Assembly (NCBI RefSeq): GCF_039654945.1
Contig: NW_027361714.1
Coordinates: 44,826,001-44,890,000 of the forward strand
Length of the DNA stretch: 64,000 nucleotides
Reading direction: 5' to 3'
DNA from: Dendrobates tinctorius
Lineage: Eukaryota
Position numbers and translations under genes: made by a program. Each line of letters starts with the position of its first letter. Within the stretch, counting starts at the first letter, position 1. The notes under the pieces were generated by a model that was given only the letters and a program-made list of their open reading frames with translations, had not been told where the DNA came from and did no database searches. This document shows, piece after piece, positions 16,030 through 28,142 of the stretch.

Positions 16030-16726
16030 TATATTGTATAATGCACAAACATAGGCAGAATCTAATGTAATGTACCCCCATAGGCATACTCTAGTATAAT
16101 GCCCTCTCCTTAGGCAAACTTTATATAATATAATGCACCCCCCATAGGCAGACTCTTATAATGCACCCCCATAGGCCTACTCTAATATAATGCACCCCCA
16201 AACCAGACTAATATAATGCACCCCCATAGGCAGACTATGGTATAAGGCAGCCCCCCATAGGCAGAATCTATAGTATAATGAAGCCCCTCCATAGGCAGAC
16301 TCTATAGCATAATGCAGCCTCATAAAAAAATAAATACAATACTCACCTGAGTCACCTCTTCTCCTCGTTCCTCCGCACGCGATGACTCCAGCGCCATTTT
16401 ACTGAAGTAATATACTACAACGTTAACATAGCAGTGCACTATGTTGACAATGTAGTACATTTCTTGAATAAAATGGCACCGGAGTCAACATGTGTGCATA
16501 CCGCGATCTCTGTCGCTATATTATTGAAGACACTGTATATGTGAATTTGCAGAGAGTGTATTCAAAAAATGGCGCCATAAATGTACCAATAAAAATGCTC
16601 TCCACTCGAGCGTAGAACGGGTTCAATAGCTAGTATACTGTATTTATGTGCATATAGATATATATGTTTATAAACAATATGACACCCTAGAATATGTATA
16701 AGATGAGATGAATGGATGGATAGATA

Positions 16727-19307
16727 GAGGTGCTGCTCACAAAATTAGAAAATCATCAAAAAGTTAATTTATTTTAGTTGCAAAATACAATACAATACAA
16801 AAGTGAAACTCATTATATAGAGTCATTACAAACAGTGTGATTTATTTTAAGTGTTTATTTCTGTTAATGCTGATGATTATGGCTTACAGCCATTGAAAAC
16901 CCAAAAGTGAATTAGAATACTTTATAACACCAGCTTGAAAAATGATATTAAAATCTGAAATGTTGGCCTACTGAAATGTATATTCAGTAAATGCCCTCAA
17001 TACTTGGTCGGGGCTCCTTTTGCATCAATTACTGCATCAATGCGGCATGGCGTGGAGGCGATCAGCCTGTGGCACTACTGAGATGTTATAGAAGCCCTGG
17101 TTGCTTTGATCACATCCTTCAGCTCGTCTGCATTGTTGGCTCTGGTGTCTCTCATCTTCCTCTTGACAATACCCCATAAATTCTCTATGGGGTTAAAGTC
17201 AGGCGAGTTTACTGGCCAATCAAGCACAGTGATACTGTTGTTTCAAAACCAGGTATTGCTACTTTTAGCAGTGTGAACATGTGCCAACTTCCAAGTCCTG
17301 CTGGAGAATGAAATTTCCATCTCCAAAAAGCTTGTCGTCATAGGGAAGCATGAAGTGCTCCCCTTCTTCCCAGAGCCATAACTTTAATTTTTCCATCAAT
17401 ATGGCCATGTGAGTGCTTAATTTTTGTGGGACGAGTTGTACTTTTGAAACACATCATTGATTTTAGCATATCTTGTACTTGAAAAAGGGAAAAAAAAATT
17501 GCAAGTGCGGTGAAATTGCAAAAAAAAGTGCAATCTCACAAGTTTTTTGTTTGTCTTTTTTGCTAGGTTCACATAATGCTAAAACTGACCAGCCATTATG
17601 ATTCTCCAGGTCATTACGAGTTCATAGACACCAAGTGGTGAAAAAAAAAATCAAAGTTTGCTAAAAAAAAAAGAAAATAAAAATTGCGCCAATTTCCGAT
17701 ACCCATAGGGTCTCCATTTTTCGTGATCTGGGGGTGGTGAGGGCTTATTTTTTGAGTGCCGAGCTGACGTTTTTAAGGGTACTATTTATATGCAGATATG
17801 ATCTTTTGATTGCCCGTTATTGCATTTTAATGCAATATCGCGTTGACCAAAAAAACGTAATTCTGGTGTTTTGATTTTTTTTGCCGCTATGCCGTTTAGC
17901 GATCAGGTTAATCTTTTTTTATTGATAGATCGGGCGATTCTTAAAGCGGCGCTACCTATTGTGTATGTGTGATTTTTTTCTTAACTGTTTTATTTTGAAT
18001 GGGGCGAAAGGGGGGTGAATTAAACTTATATTTTTTTCATATTTTTTAAAACATTTTTTTAAAATTTTGGCATGCTTTAATAACCTCAATGGGAGGCTAG
18101 AAGCTGCCACAACTTGATCGGCTCTGCTACATATTGGCAATGAGCAGACCACAGGTGGTGCTCATAGCAATCCAGCATCAACAACCATAGAGGCCTCTGG
18201 TTGTTATGCCAACTCATCGCTAACCACCGATCACATGACGGGGGTTGGCGATGCACGTATTTCCGGCCCGGTGGCCAGAAGCGCTGGTTAAATGCCGCTG
18301 TCAGCGTTTGACAGCGGCATTTAACTAGTTAATAGGTGCGGGTGGACGGGCGTCCAATTGCAATAAGGGGTTAATATTTCCTGGTAGACGGCTGCGCTGA
18401 CTTTGGTCTTGATAACACACAGTCAACTTACACCAGCAGATGACATGATTCCCCAACCTGTCACTGATTGTGGAAACTTCACACTAGACCTCAAGCAGCT
18501 TGGAATGTGTGCCTCTCCACTCTTCCTCCAGACTCTGGGACCTTGATTTCAAAATGAAATGCAAAATTTACTTTAATCTGAAAGCAACACCTTGGACCAC
18601 TGAGCAACAGTCCAGTTCTTTTTCTCTTTGACCAAGGTAAGACGCTTCTGGTGTTGTCTATTAGTCATGAGTGGCTTGACACAAGGAATGAGACACTTGT
18701 TGCCCATGTCTGTGATACGTCTGTGTGTGGTGGCTCTTGAAGAAATTACTCCAGGCGGAAATCCTCTCTTTGTGAATCTCCTCCAAATTTTTGAATGGCC
18801 TTTTCTTAACAATCCTTTCAAGGCTGTGGTTATCCCGGTTGCTTGTGCACCTTTTTCTACCACAGTTTTTCCTTCCACTCAACTTTCTACTAATATGCTT
18901 GGATACAGCACTCTGTGAACAGCCAGCTTCTTTAGCAATGACCTTTTGTGACTTACCCTTCTTGTGGAGTGTCTCAATGACTGCCTTCTGGATATCTGTC
19001 AAGTCAGCAATCTTCCCAATGATTGTGGAGCCTACTGAAACAGCCAAAGGGCCCGAAACAGCCTAAGGGACCTTTTTAAATACTTAGGAAGCATTTGCAG
19101 ATGTTTTTTGTTAATTATTCTAATTTACTGAGACAATGACTTTTGGGTTTTCATTGGCTGTAAGCCATAATCATCAACATAAACAGAAATAAACAATTGA
19201 AATAGATCATTTTGTTTGTAATGACTCTATATGAGTTTCACTTTTTGTATTGAAAAACTGAAAAAAATAACTTTTTGATGATATGCTAATTTAGCGAGAA
19301 GCACTTG
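16727..19307 (-). mobile_element. Degraded Tc1 element interrupted by a piggyBac-type MITE
   Basis: TIRs (C)AGGTGCT.CTCACAAAATTAG / CTAATTTAGCGAGAAGCACTTG, TA flanks, HTH SQKVIAKEAGCSQSAVSKHI, GRKR, WSKVLLSD. Confidence 0.9.
17361..18370 (-). mobile_element. piggyBac-type non-autonomous element (same family as 41791-43638)
   Basis: Ends AGGGG|TTAA (18371-18374); reverse-complement similarity to 41791-43638. Confidence 0.75.
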
Positions 19308-20287
19308 TACTGTATTTCAAATTGACATGCTTTAGCACTACATAGTGCAACTTTTTTTGCTTATTGTATATGGAGATGGCTGCTCCTAGTATGCACCTGA
19401 TCACACTAGCTTGGAAGTGCCAGTCACTCTTTTGTCATTTGTATATTAGCTCTCTGACCGAGCACTCCGCCCTCCAGCATGTGGTGGATTTTAATTGCAA
19501 CAGGGTCCAACCTACCCATAAAATCAGACTGTGAAGAGAGGTATTCACCTCTACCCAGGAATTCAGACTTGAGTCTTAGGTATTCACACTAGAGACAGCA
19601 GTTTTGAGACCACCTTGTTGTTGGTTGCTGGGAATGCATAAAGTTGCCAAATTATGTGCTAAGTGTCTCATTTTTTTCCCTAATATCCAGAAGCAGTATA
19701 GCTATTCATATATTTCATATTGACATGCTTTAGCACTACAGAGTGCAACTTTTCATGCTCTCAGAATAGTCTAACAGGCTTTTTGTAGCTTAGTGACCCA
19801 GATGATGTCCGAGCTTCCTAAACGCTGCGATCGATATTGATTGCGGCATTTAGTAGTTAAACAGCTGGGAGTGGTGCGGGCACCGCTCCTGGCTATGAGA
19901 GCCAGGGCTTGCCTATCATGCAAAGTTCCTGGCACAGCTTCTGTGACACGCATGATCGCCATGACATACCTATACATCATCAGTCAGGAACCCCTATCCA
20001 ACCATGATGTATGTCCAATGTTGTGAAGGGGTTAATATATGTGACCTTGTAGGAAGGTCGATTACACAAGGTGTGGTTTCTTTAAAATTTAATGAATAAT
20101 AAACAATTTTAAGTTTTAGCAGTTTTTTTTCTAGTTTGGTTGTGTTTCCTTGTGACCACCTATTGCTTCTTTATACAGTGTATACAATTTTTGGTTTTCC
20201 TTCACTGTGTGTGTATATTTAACATTCCACACTTGTAGCCACAATGCTCACTCTGGACCATTACATTAATAAGACATTTACTGTACA

Positions 20288-23200
20288 TTAGAATCATAGA
20301 ATCGTAGAGTTGGAAAGGACCTCCTGGGCCATCTGGTCCAACCCCCTGCTCAAAGCAGGATTCGCTAAATCATCTCAGACAGATGTCTGTCCAGCCTCTG
20401 TTTGAAGACTTCTATTGAAAGAGAACTCACCACCTCTCGTGGCAGCCTGTTCCACTCATTGATCACTCTGTCAAAAAGTTTTTTCTAATATCTAATCTGT
20501 GTCTCCTCCCATTCAGTTTCATCCCATTGCTACTAGTCTTTCTTTGTGCACATGAGAATAAAGATGATCCTTCTACAATGTGACAGCCCTTGAGATATTT
20601 GTAGACAGCTATTAAGTCTCCTCTCAGTCTTCTCTTCTGCAAGCTAAACATTCCCAAATCCTGCAACCTTTCCTCATAAGACAGGGTTTGCAGACCGGTC
20701 ACTGTTGTGAGTTCATTCTCGGGTTCCCCTTCTGAACTCCCTCTGGTGGTGTCGGGAGGTGGTGATGCTGGTTTGATTGGTGGAGATCTGTCATCTCAGG
20801 ATGGGGATGATGATTGGATCTCGGGATTCTCAGATTGGATTTAAGACAGCCGCCGCCCTATTCAGTTGCTGGTGATTCCTTCTGCTTGTCAGCTCTTGGT
20901 TTTCAGCTCTGTTCCAGTCATCTAAAGCTAAGTTTTTCTGCTAATGTTCACACTTGATTTTGTTGGTCTATTCAGTTTTTGTGTGGTCTGCCAGACCCGG
21001 CTGGGGGCTGAGCTGAATTTCCACTCTTATTTATCAGTATTTTGACAATTGGCTTTTTGTCCCTTACTAGTTCGGTCTCTTTTTGCTCTGTCTCAGAATA
21101 TTCCAGAGTGCTGATATAGTGGGAGAAGTCTAGTGACTTCAGGGTTAATTTTGCTATCAGAAGTGTTGGACATTATTTTTGTAGGGTTTTTTGCAGGTTG
21201 CAGACAGTGACTTGCCTTTCCTTTCCTGTCTAGTTAGTTTGGGCCCCATCATTTGCTCAGCCTATTTTCCTGCCTGTGTTTGTGCCTTCATCTTGTTTCA
21301 CCGTCAATACATGTGTGGGGCTAACTATTCCTTTGGGGTCTGCTCTGGGGCAGTTAGTTTTCCCTTTTCTTGCTTTAGGCTTATGTAGTCCTCCGGCTGT
21401 GACGAGGCGTCTAGGAACATCGTAGGCACGCTCCACGGCTACTGCTAGTTGTGTGGTAAGATCAGGGATCTGCAATCTGCATAGTTACCAACTTCTCTGG
21501 TTTTCTGTGGCTTAGCTTGTTTTGTTTTTTTTTTTCTCCTCGGTGACCCATTCATAACAGGTCACCATTCTGGTCGCTCTTTTCTGAACTTGCTCCAGTT
21601 TGTTGAGGTCTTTTTTAAAATGTGGCGCCCAAAACTGGACACAGTATTCCAGATGAGGTCTGACCAAAGAGGAGTAGATGGCAATAATGACTTCACGTGA
21701 TCTAGACTGTATGCTTCTGTTTATACATCCTAGAAATGCATTTGCCTTTTTGCTGCTGCATCACGCTGGTGACTCATATTCAGTATGTGATCAATTAGTA
21801 TACCCAAGTCTTTTTCACATGTGCTGTTGCTTAGCCCTATTCCTCCCATTTTGTATATGCTTTTTTTATTTTTATTGCTAAGATGTAGTACTTTGCATTT
21901 TCCCTGTTAAAAACCATTCTGTTAGTTGCTGCCCACTGCTCCAGTTTATTTATATCTTTTTGAATCCTCTCTCTCTTCTCTAGTATTAGCTATCCCTCCT
22001 AGCTTTGTGTCATCAACAAATTTAATCAGTTTACCCTCAATTCCTTCATCTAAATCGTTAATAAAGATGTTGAACAATACAGGGCCCAGGACAGAGCCCT
22101 GTGGTACCCCACTTGAGACATTCTTCCAACTGGATGTGCAGCCATTTACAACCACTCTTTGGGTCCGATCACTAAGCCAGTTATGAATCCACCTAACAGT
22201 TGCCTTGTCCATTCCATACTTAGCCATTTCTTCAATAAGGATTGTGTGAGATACTTTGTCAAATGCTTTGCTGAAGTCAAGATATCCTATACCTACAGCA
22301 TTTTCCTGATCCACCCAATCAGTGATTCTGTCATAGAAGAAAATTAAGTTAGTCTGACATGACTTATTAGTTACAAACCCATGCTGACTCTGTTTAATCA
22401 CTTAATTCTTGTCCAGGTACTTACATACATGTTGTTTAATAATTTGTTCAAAGATCTTTCCTGGTATAGAAGTCATACTCACCGGCCTATAGTTCCCTAG
22501 GTCCACCTTCTTCCCCTTTTTGAAGATAGGAACATTTGCTCTTCTCCAGTCTTTTGGGACTTCTCCTGTTCTCCAAGAATTTTCAAAGATTTTGGAGAGG
22601 GGTTCAAAAATTTCTTCTGCTATCTCCTTCAGAACTCTGGGGTGTAATTCATCTGGACCTGGAGACTTGAATTCATTTAGGTTAGCTAAGTGTTTCCTCA
22701 CTAACTTTCTGTTTATAGATTTCCTGGATTCTTCTATTCCCTTAATAGGACAGTGAAGAACCGTTGATGTTACATTTCCTTTATGAGAGAAAACAGATGC
22801 AAAATAGGAATTTAAAAGTTTGGCCTTCTCAACATCCTGTCTTACCATTTCATCATTTTCATTCTGTAAAAATCCTATAGCATCTTTGACTTTTCTTTTA
22901 CTTTTGACATATCCCCAAAATCCTTATTGTTTTTGACATCTCTTGCAAGCCTCAATTCATTGTCATCTTTAGTAATCTGATTTGTGCCCTGCAATTTCTG
23001 CAGACAGCATTATATTCTTCTTTAGATATGCCTCCTTCTTTCCATTTTATAAACATTTCTTTCTTCCTTTTTAGCATGTGCTTAAGTTCTGTGTTCATTC
23101 ATCCTGGTTTCCTTAAACGCTTCCTATTCTTCCCTCTTTTCGGAATTGTTAACGATTGGGCTTTGAGAATTTCATTTTTCAAGATTTCCCATCCTTCCTG

Positions 23201-23948
23201 GACATTTTTGTCCTTAAGGATATCCAGCCATTGAATCCCTCCAATTCTCTTTCTGAATCCCTTAAAATCTGCCTTTCTGAAATCTAACCTTGACGTCTGA
23301 GTCTTCATAGGTCTTCCTCCTCTAGTTATCCAAAATAGCATGGTCGCTTCCTCCTAGGGTCCCAGCCACTTTTACTTCCTCAACCATTTCCTCCCTGTTT
23401 ATAAGGATTATATCCAAGGTAGCAGTTCCCCTTGTTTTCTCCCCTACCTTTTGAAACATAAAGTTGTCAGCAAATGAGGATAAGAATTTCCTTGACCTGT
23501 TAGTTTTGCCTGAGAGTGATTCCCAACAAATGTCAGGATTGTTGAAATCTCCCATGACAACTATGTCATTTTTTGGAGAACTCGGCCATTTGATGCATAA
23601 AGAGTTCATCCATATCTTCAGCTTGCACAGGCGGCCTGTAGTAAATGCCTACAATGGTGTCCTTTCCATTGTTCTGTCCTTGTATTCTTACCCAAACAGT
23701 TTCCACAGAACTCCCAGTCTCTGAAGCTTCAATCTCTGTGCCGATATACGCGTTTCTAACATACAATGCGACACCTCCTCCTCGTTTATCAAGTCTGTTT
23801 CTAGCAAATAAGTTGTATCCTTCTATCCTTGTATTCCAATCATGTGTATCGTCCCACCAAGTTTCAGTGATTCCAATGACATCATATTTCTTTTCCTGCG
23901 TTAGTAGTTCCATTTCTCCTTGTTTGTTGCCCATGCTTTGTGCATTAG
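20288..23948 (-). mobile_element. CR1 LINE copy 1: nearly complete ORF2 (APE endonuclease + RT), frameshifted and split by a solo LTR
   Basis: [60 protein letters not shown]; (ATTCTATG)n 3' tail at ~20288-20305. Confidence 0.95.
20703..21559 (+). mobile_element. Solo LTR (Gypsy-like) with 6-bp TSD GGTCAC
   Basis: TGTTGTG...CATAACA termini; GGTCAC at 20697-20702 and 21560-21565; the empty site is visible in CR1 copy 2 (~24383-24396). Confidence 0.9.
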
Positions 23949-23966
23949 TATTACAGTTTATTACTT

Positions 23967-25281
23967 AGAATCATAGAATCATAGAATCGTAGAGTTGGAA
24001 GGGACCTCCTGGGCCATCTGGTCCAACCCCCTGCTCAAAGCAGGATTCGCTAAATCATCCCAGTCAGATGTCTGTCCAGCCTCTGTTTGAAGACTTCCAT
24101 TGAAGGAGAACTCACCACTTCTCGTGGCAGCCTGTTCCACTCATTGATCACTCTAACTGTCAAAAAGTTTTTTCTAATATCTAATCTGTGTCTCCTCCCA
24201 TTCAGTTTCATCCCATTGCTTCTAGTCTTTCCTTGTGCAAATGAGAATAAAGTTGATCCTTCTACAATGTGACAGCCCTTTAGATATTTGTAGACAGCTA
24301 TTAAGTCTCCTCTCAGTCTTCTCTTTTGCAAACTAAACATTCCCAAATCCTGCAACCTTTCCTCATAAGACAGGGTTTGCAGACCGGTCACCATTCTGGT
24401 CGCTCTTTTCTGAACTTGCTCCAGTTTGTTGATGTCTTTTTTAAAATGTGGTGCCCAAAACTGGACACAATATTCCAGATGAGGTCTGACCAAAGAGGAG
24501 TAGAGGGAAATAATGACTTCACGTGATCTAGACTGTATGCTTCTGTTAATACATCCTAGAATTGCATTTGCCTTTTTTGCTGCTGCATCACACTGTTGAC
24601 TCATATTCAGTCTGTGATCTATTAGTATACCCAAGTCTTTTTCACATGTGCTGTCACTTAGCCCTATTCCTCCCATTCTATATATGCTTTTTCCATTTTT
24701 ATTGCCCAGATGTAGTACTTTGCATTTCTCCCTGTTAAAAACCATTCTGTTAGTTGCTGCCCACTTCTCCAGTTTATTTAAATCTTTTTGAATCCTCTCT
24801 CTCTCTTCTCTAGTATTAGCTATCCCTCCTAGCTTTGTGTCATCAGCAAATTTAATCAGTTTACCCTCAATTCCTTCATCTAAATCATTGATAAAGATGT
24901 TGAACAATACAGCGCCCAGGACAGAGCCCTGTGGTACCCCACTTGAGACATTCTTCCAACTGGATGTGCAGCCATTTACGACCACTCTTTGGGTCCGATC
25001 ACTAAGCCAGTTATGAATCCACCTAACAGTTGCCTTGTCCATTCCATACTTAATCATTTTTTCAATAAGGATTGTATGAGAGACTTTGTCAAATGCTTTG
25101 CTGAAGTCAAGATATACTATATCTACAGCATTTCCTTGATCCACCCAATCAGTGATACCGTCATAGAAGGAAATTAAGTTAGTCTGACATGACTTATTAG
25201 TTACAAACCCATGCTGACTCTGTTTAATCACTTCATTCTTATCCAGGTATTGACATACATGTTGTTTAATAATTTGTTCAA
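23967..25281 (-). mobile_element. CR1 LINE copy 2, 5'-truncated
   Basis: (ATTCTATG)n tail; highly similar to copy 1. Confidence 0.95.
24050..25231 (-). CDS. CR1 reverse transcriptase, open 393-aa C-terminal part (truncated, non-autonomous)
   Basis: [41 protein letters not shown]. Confidence 0.85.
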   Translation of the reverse strand: MIKQSQHGFVTNKSCQTNLISFYDGITDWVDQGNAVDIVYLDFSKAFDKVSHTILIEKMIKYGMDKATVRWIHNWLSDRTQRVVVNGCTSSWKNVSSGVPQGSVLGAVLFNIFINDLDEGIEGKLIKFADDTKLGGIANTREERERIQKDLNKLEKWAATNRMVFNREKCKVLHLGNKNGKSIYRMGGIGLSDSTCEKDLGILIDHRLNMSQQCDAAAKKANAILGCINRSIQSRSREVIISLYSSLVRPHLEYCVQFWAPHFKKDINKLEQVQKRATRMVTGLQTLSYEERLQDLGMFSLQKRRLRGDLIAVYKYLKGCHIVEGSTLFSFAQGKTRSNGMKLNGRRHRLDIRKNFLTVRVINEWNRLPREVVSSPSMEVFKQRLDRHLTGMI

Positions 25282-26092
25282 ACTTTTCATATTGTAGCCC
25301 AAATGTCCAGATATTAAAATCCCTTTAATATTCATAATAAATGGATATTTCTTTATGGAGATTTGTTTTTACTTTGATCTTAAAGCAAATTTTCTGTTGA
25401 TCAAGGTCAAAAATCAAATCAACTTATTCAATAATAAAACATGGAATAATTAAATGCAAGTATATTCTTAAAAATTAACTACTGTATATTTTGCTAATTC
25501 CACTATCTACTGTGTACTTACAAAATAATTGCCTTTGCATCTTGGCATTACATAATTTCTTCAATCTGCTTTTAAAAAAAAAAAATTTAAAAATTTGTAT
25601 CTTTTTACCAGTTTGTTAAGCAACGTAGGAACATGTGCAAGGATTATTGTGGTTCGCCCTTGGGGAATTTTTTATACTTCAATGCCCAAATGCTGCTAGT
25701 CTCACTTCTTTCTTTTTATCAATGGGTTTGTGTTGTGTCATGTGGCAAATGTAGGATTATCTAATTTTAATCCTGTTGACATCCTCCCAAGAGACCCAAA
25801 GGTTAAGTTTTCAATTTTCCACAACACACAATTGGTAAAAAACATGAATTTCAACCAGCTTTACAACATTGTATATTTAAACATATTTATTAAAATATAA
25901 ACTCATTGTGGGGTTTCAGATTAGCATATTCCTTCACTAAAAACAATTCTTCATCAAGATGGTACAAAATACAAAATTAATTCTAAAATAAAGTGCATAT
26001 TTGTTAATTTCAGTGATACAATTTCAATAAAATTTATAATTGCTTTTAACACCAAGGAACCCCCCCAAAAAATATATATACATATGTATATA

Positions 26093-27701
26093 CAGTGGGT
26101 ACAGAAAGTATTCAGACCCCTTTAATTTTTTCACTCTGTTTTATTGCAGCAATTTGGTAAATTCAAAAAAGTTAATTGTTTCTCATAAATCTACACTGTG
26201 CAACCCACCTTGACTGGAAAAAACCAGAAATGTAGAAATTTTTGCACATTTATTAAAAAAGAAAAGCTGAAATATATGGTCATAAGTATTCAGACCCTTT
26301 GCTCAGACACTCATATTTAAGTCACATGCTATCCATTTCCTTGTGATCCTCCTTGAGATGGTTCTACTCCTTCATTGGAGTCCAGCTGTATTTAAACTGA
26401 TAGGACTTGATTTGTAAAAGCACACACCTGTCTATACAAGACCTCACAGCTCACAGTGCATGTCAGACCAAATGAGAATCATGAGGTCAAAGGAACTGGC
26501 CAAGGAGCTCAGAGAAAGAATTGTGGCAAGGCACAGATCTTGCCAAGATTACAAAAGAATTTCTGCAATACTCAAGGTTCCTAAGAGCACAGTGACCTCC
26601 ATAATCCTTAAATTGAAGAAGTTTGGGACCACCAGAAGTCTTCTTAGACCTGGCAGTCCAGCCAAACTTAGCAATCATGGGAGAAGAGCCTTGGTGAGAG
26701 AGGTAAAGAAGAACCCCAAGATCACTGTGGCTGAGCTCCACAGATGCAGTAGGGAGAGGGGAGAAAGTTCCACAAAGTTGACTATCACTGAAGCCCTCCA
26801 CCAGTCGGGACTTTATGGCAGAGTGGCCCGACGGTAGCCTCTCCTCAGTGCTAGACATATTAAAGCCCACATAGAGTTTGCTAAAAAATACATGAAGGAC
26901 TCCAAAACTATGAGAAATAAGATTATCTGGTCTGATGAGATGAAGATAGAACTTTTTGTTGATAATTCTAAGTGGTATGTGTGGAGAAAGGCACTGTTCA
27001 TCACCTGCTCAATACAATCCCAACAGTGAAACATGGTGGTGACAGCATCATGCTATAGGGTTGTTTTGCAGCTGCAGGGACAGGACCACTGGTTGCAATT
27101 GAAGGAAAAATGAATGCGGCCAAGTACAGAGATATCCTGGATGAAAACCTCTTACAGAGTGGTCTGGACCTCAGACTTGGCCAAAGATTCACCTTCCAAC
27201 AAGACAATGACCCTAAGCACATAGCTAAAATAACAAAGGAATGGCTTCAGAACAACTCTGTGACCATTCTTGACAGGCCAAGCCAGAGCCCTGACCTAAA
27301 CCAAATTGAGCATCTCCGGAGAGACCTGAAAATGGCTGTCCACCAATGTTCACCATCCAACCTGACGGAACTTGAGAGTATCTGCAAGGAAGAATGGCAA
27401 AGGATCCCCAAATCCAGGTGTGAAAAACTTGTAGCATCATTCCCAAGAAGACTCATGGCTCTACTAGCTCAAAAGGGTGCTTCTACTCCATACTGAGCAA
27501 AGGGTCTGAATACTTAGGACCACGTAATATTTCAGTTTTTCTTTAATAAATTTGCTAACATTTCTGTTTTTTTTAGTCAAGATGGGGTGCAGAGTGTACA
27601 TTAATGAGGAAAAAAAAAAACTTTTTTGAATTTACCAAATGGCTGCAATGAAACAAAGAGTGAAAAATGCAAAGGGGTCGGAATACATTCCGTACCCACT
27701 G
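26093..27701 (+). mobile_element. Full-length Tc1 element with a pseudogenised transposase (26481-27496)
   Basis: TA TSD, TIR CAGTGGGTAC.GAA.GTATTC.GACCCC; [21 protein letters not shown]; stop at ~26835 plus a frameshift. Confidence 0.95.
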
Positions 27702-28142
27702 TATAGTTTAACATGTAGAGTTGATGACATGGATCCACCAATTAGATTCTTAGTGACACGTCTATAGCCTAAGACTGCAAATGTAAAACTTAGACATTGG
27801 AAGAAAAAATTATGAGGTAGGAGAGTGCCTTATTCTAAATTACGGTATACATTTTGAAATGTACAAAATTAGAAATTGTAGCCAGAAGATTGCTCTTGCA
27901 AGCGACACAATTTAATAATATATATACCGTATATATTAGCTGTTTGGAAAGAAAAGTATCTACAATTTTCCTTTATGTCACCTTTATTTTTGCAAGGGAT
28001 AAATATTTCTCCTCGATTTTCCGGTCAGTGCTTAAAAGTTGGATGTAGTGGGCTAAGTCGTCTGCAGATTAGTAGATGCCAATGTGCAGAAGATTGTATT
28101 ATTGAGATATCAGAATATAATAACTTGGTTTAGTGACTTATA

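Noticed and set aside
25611-25801. Possible plus-strand exon with AG/GT-like ends
   Set aside because: Stops in the frames examined and no partner exons
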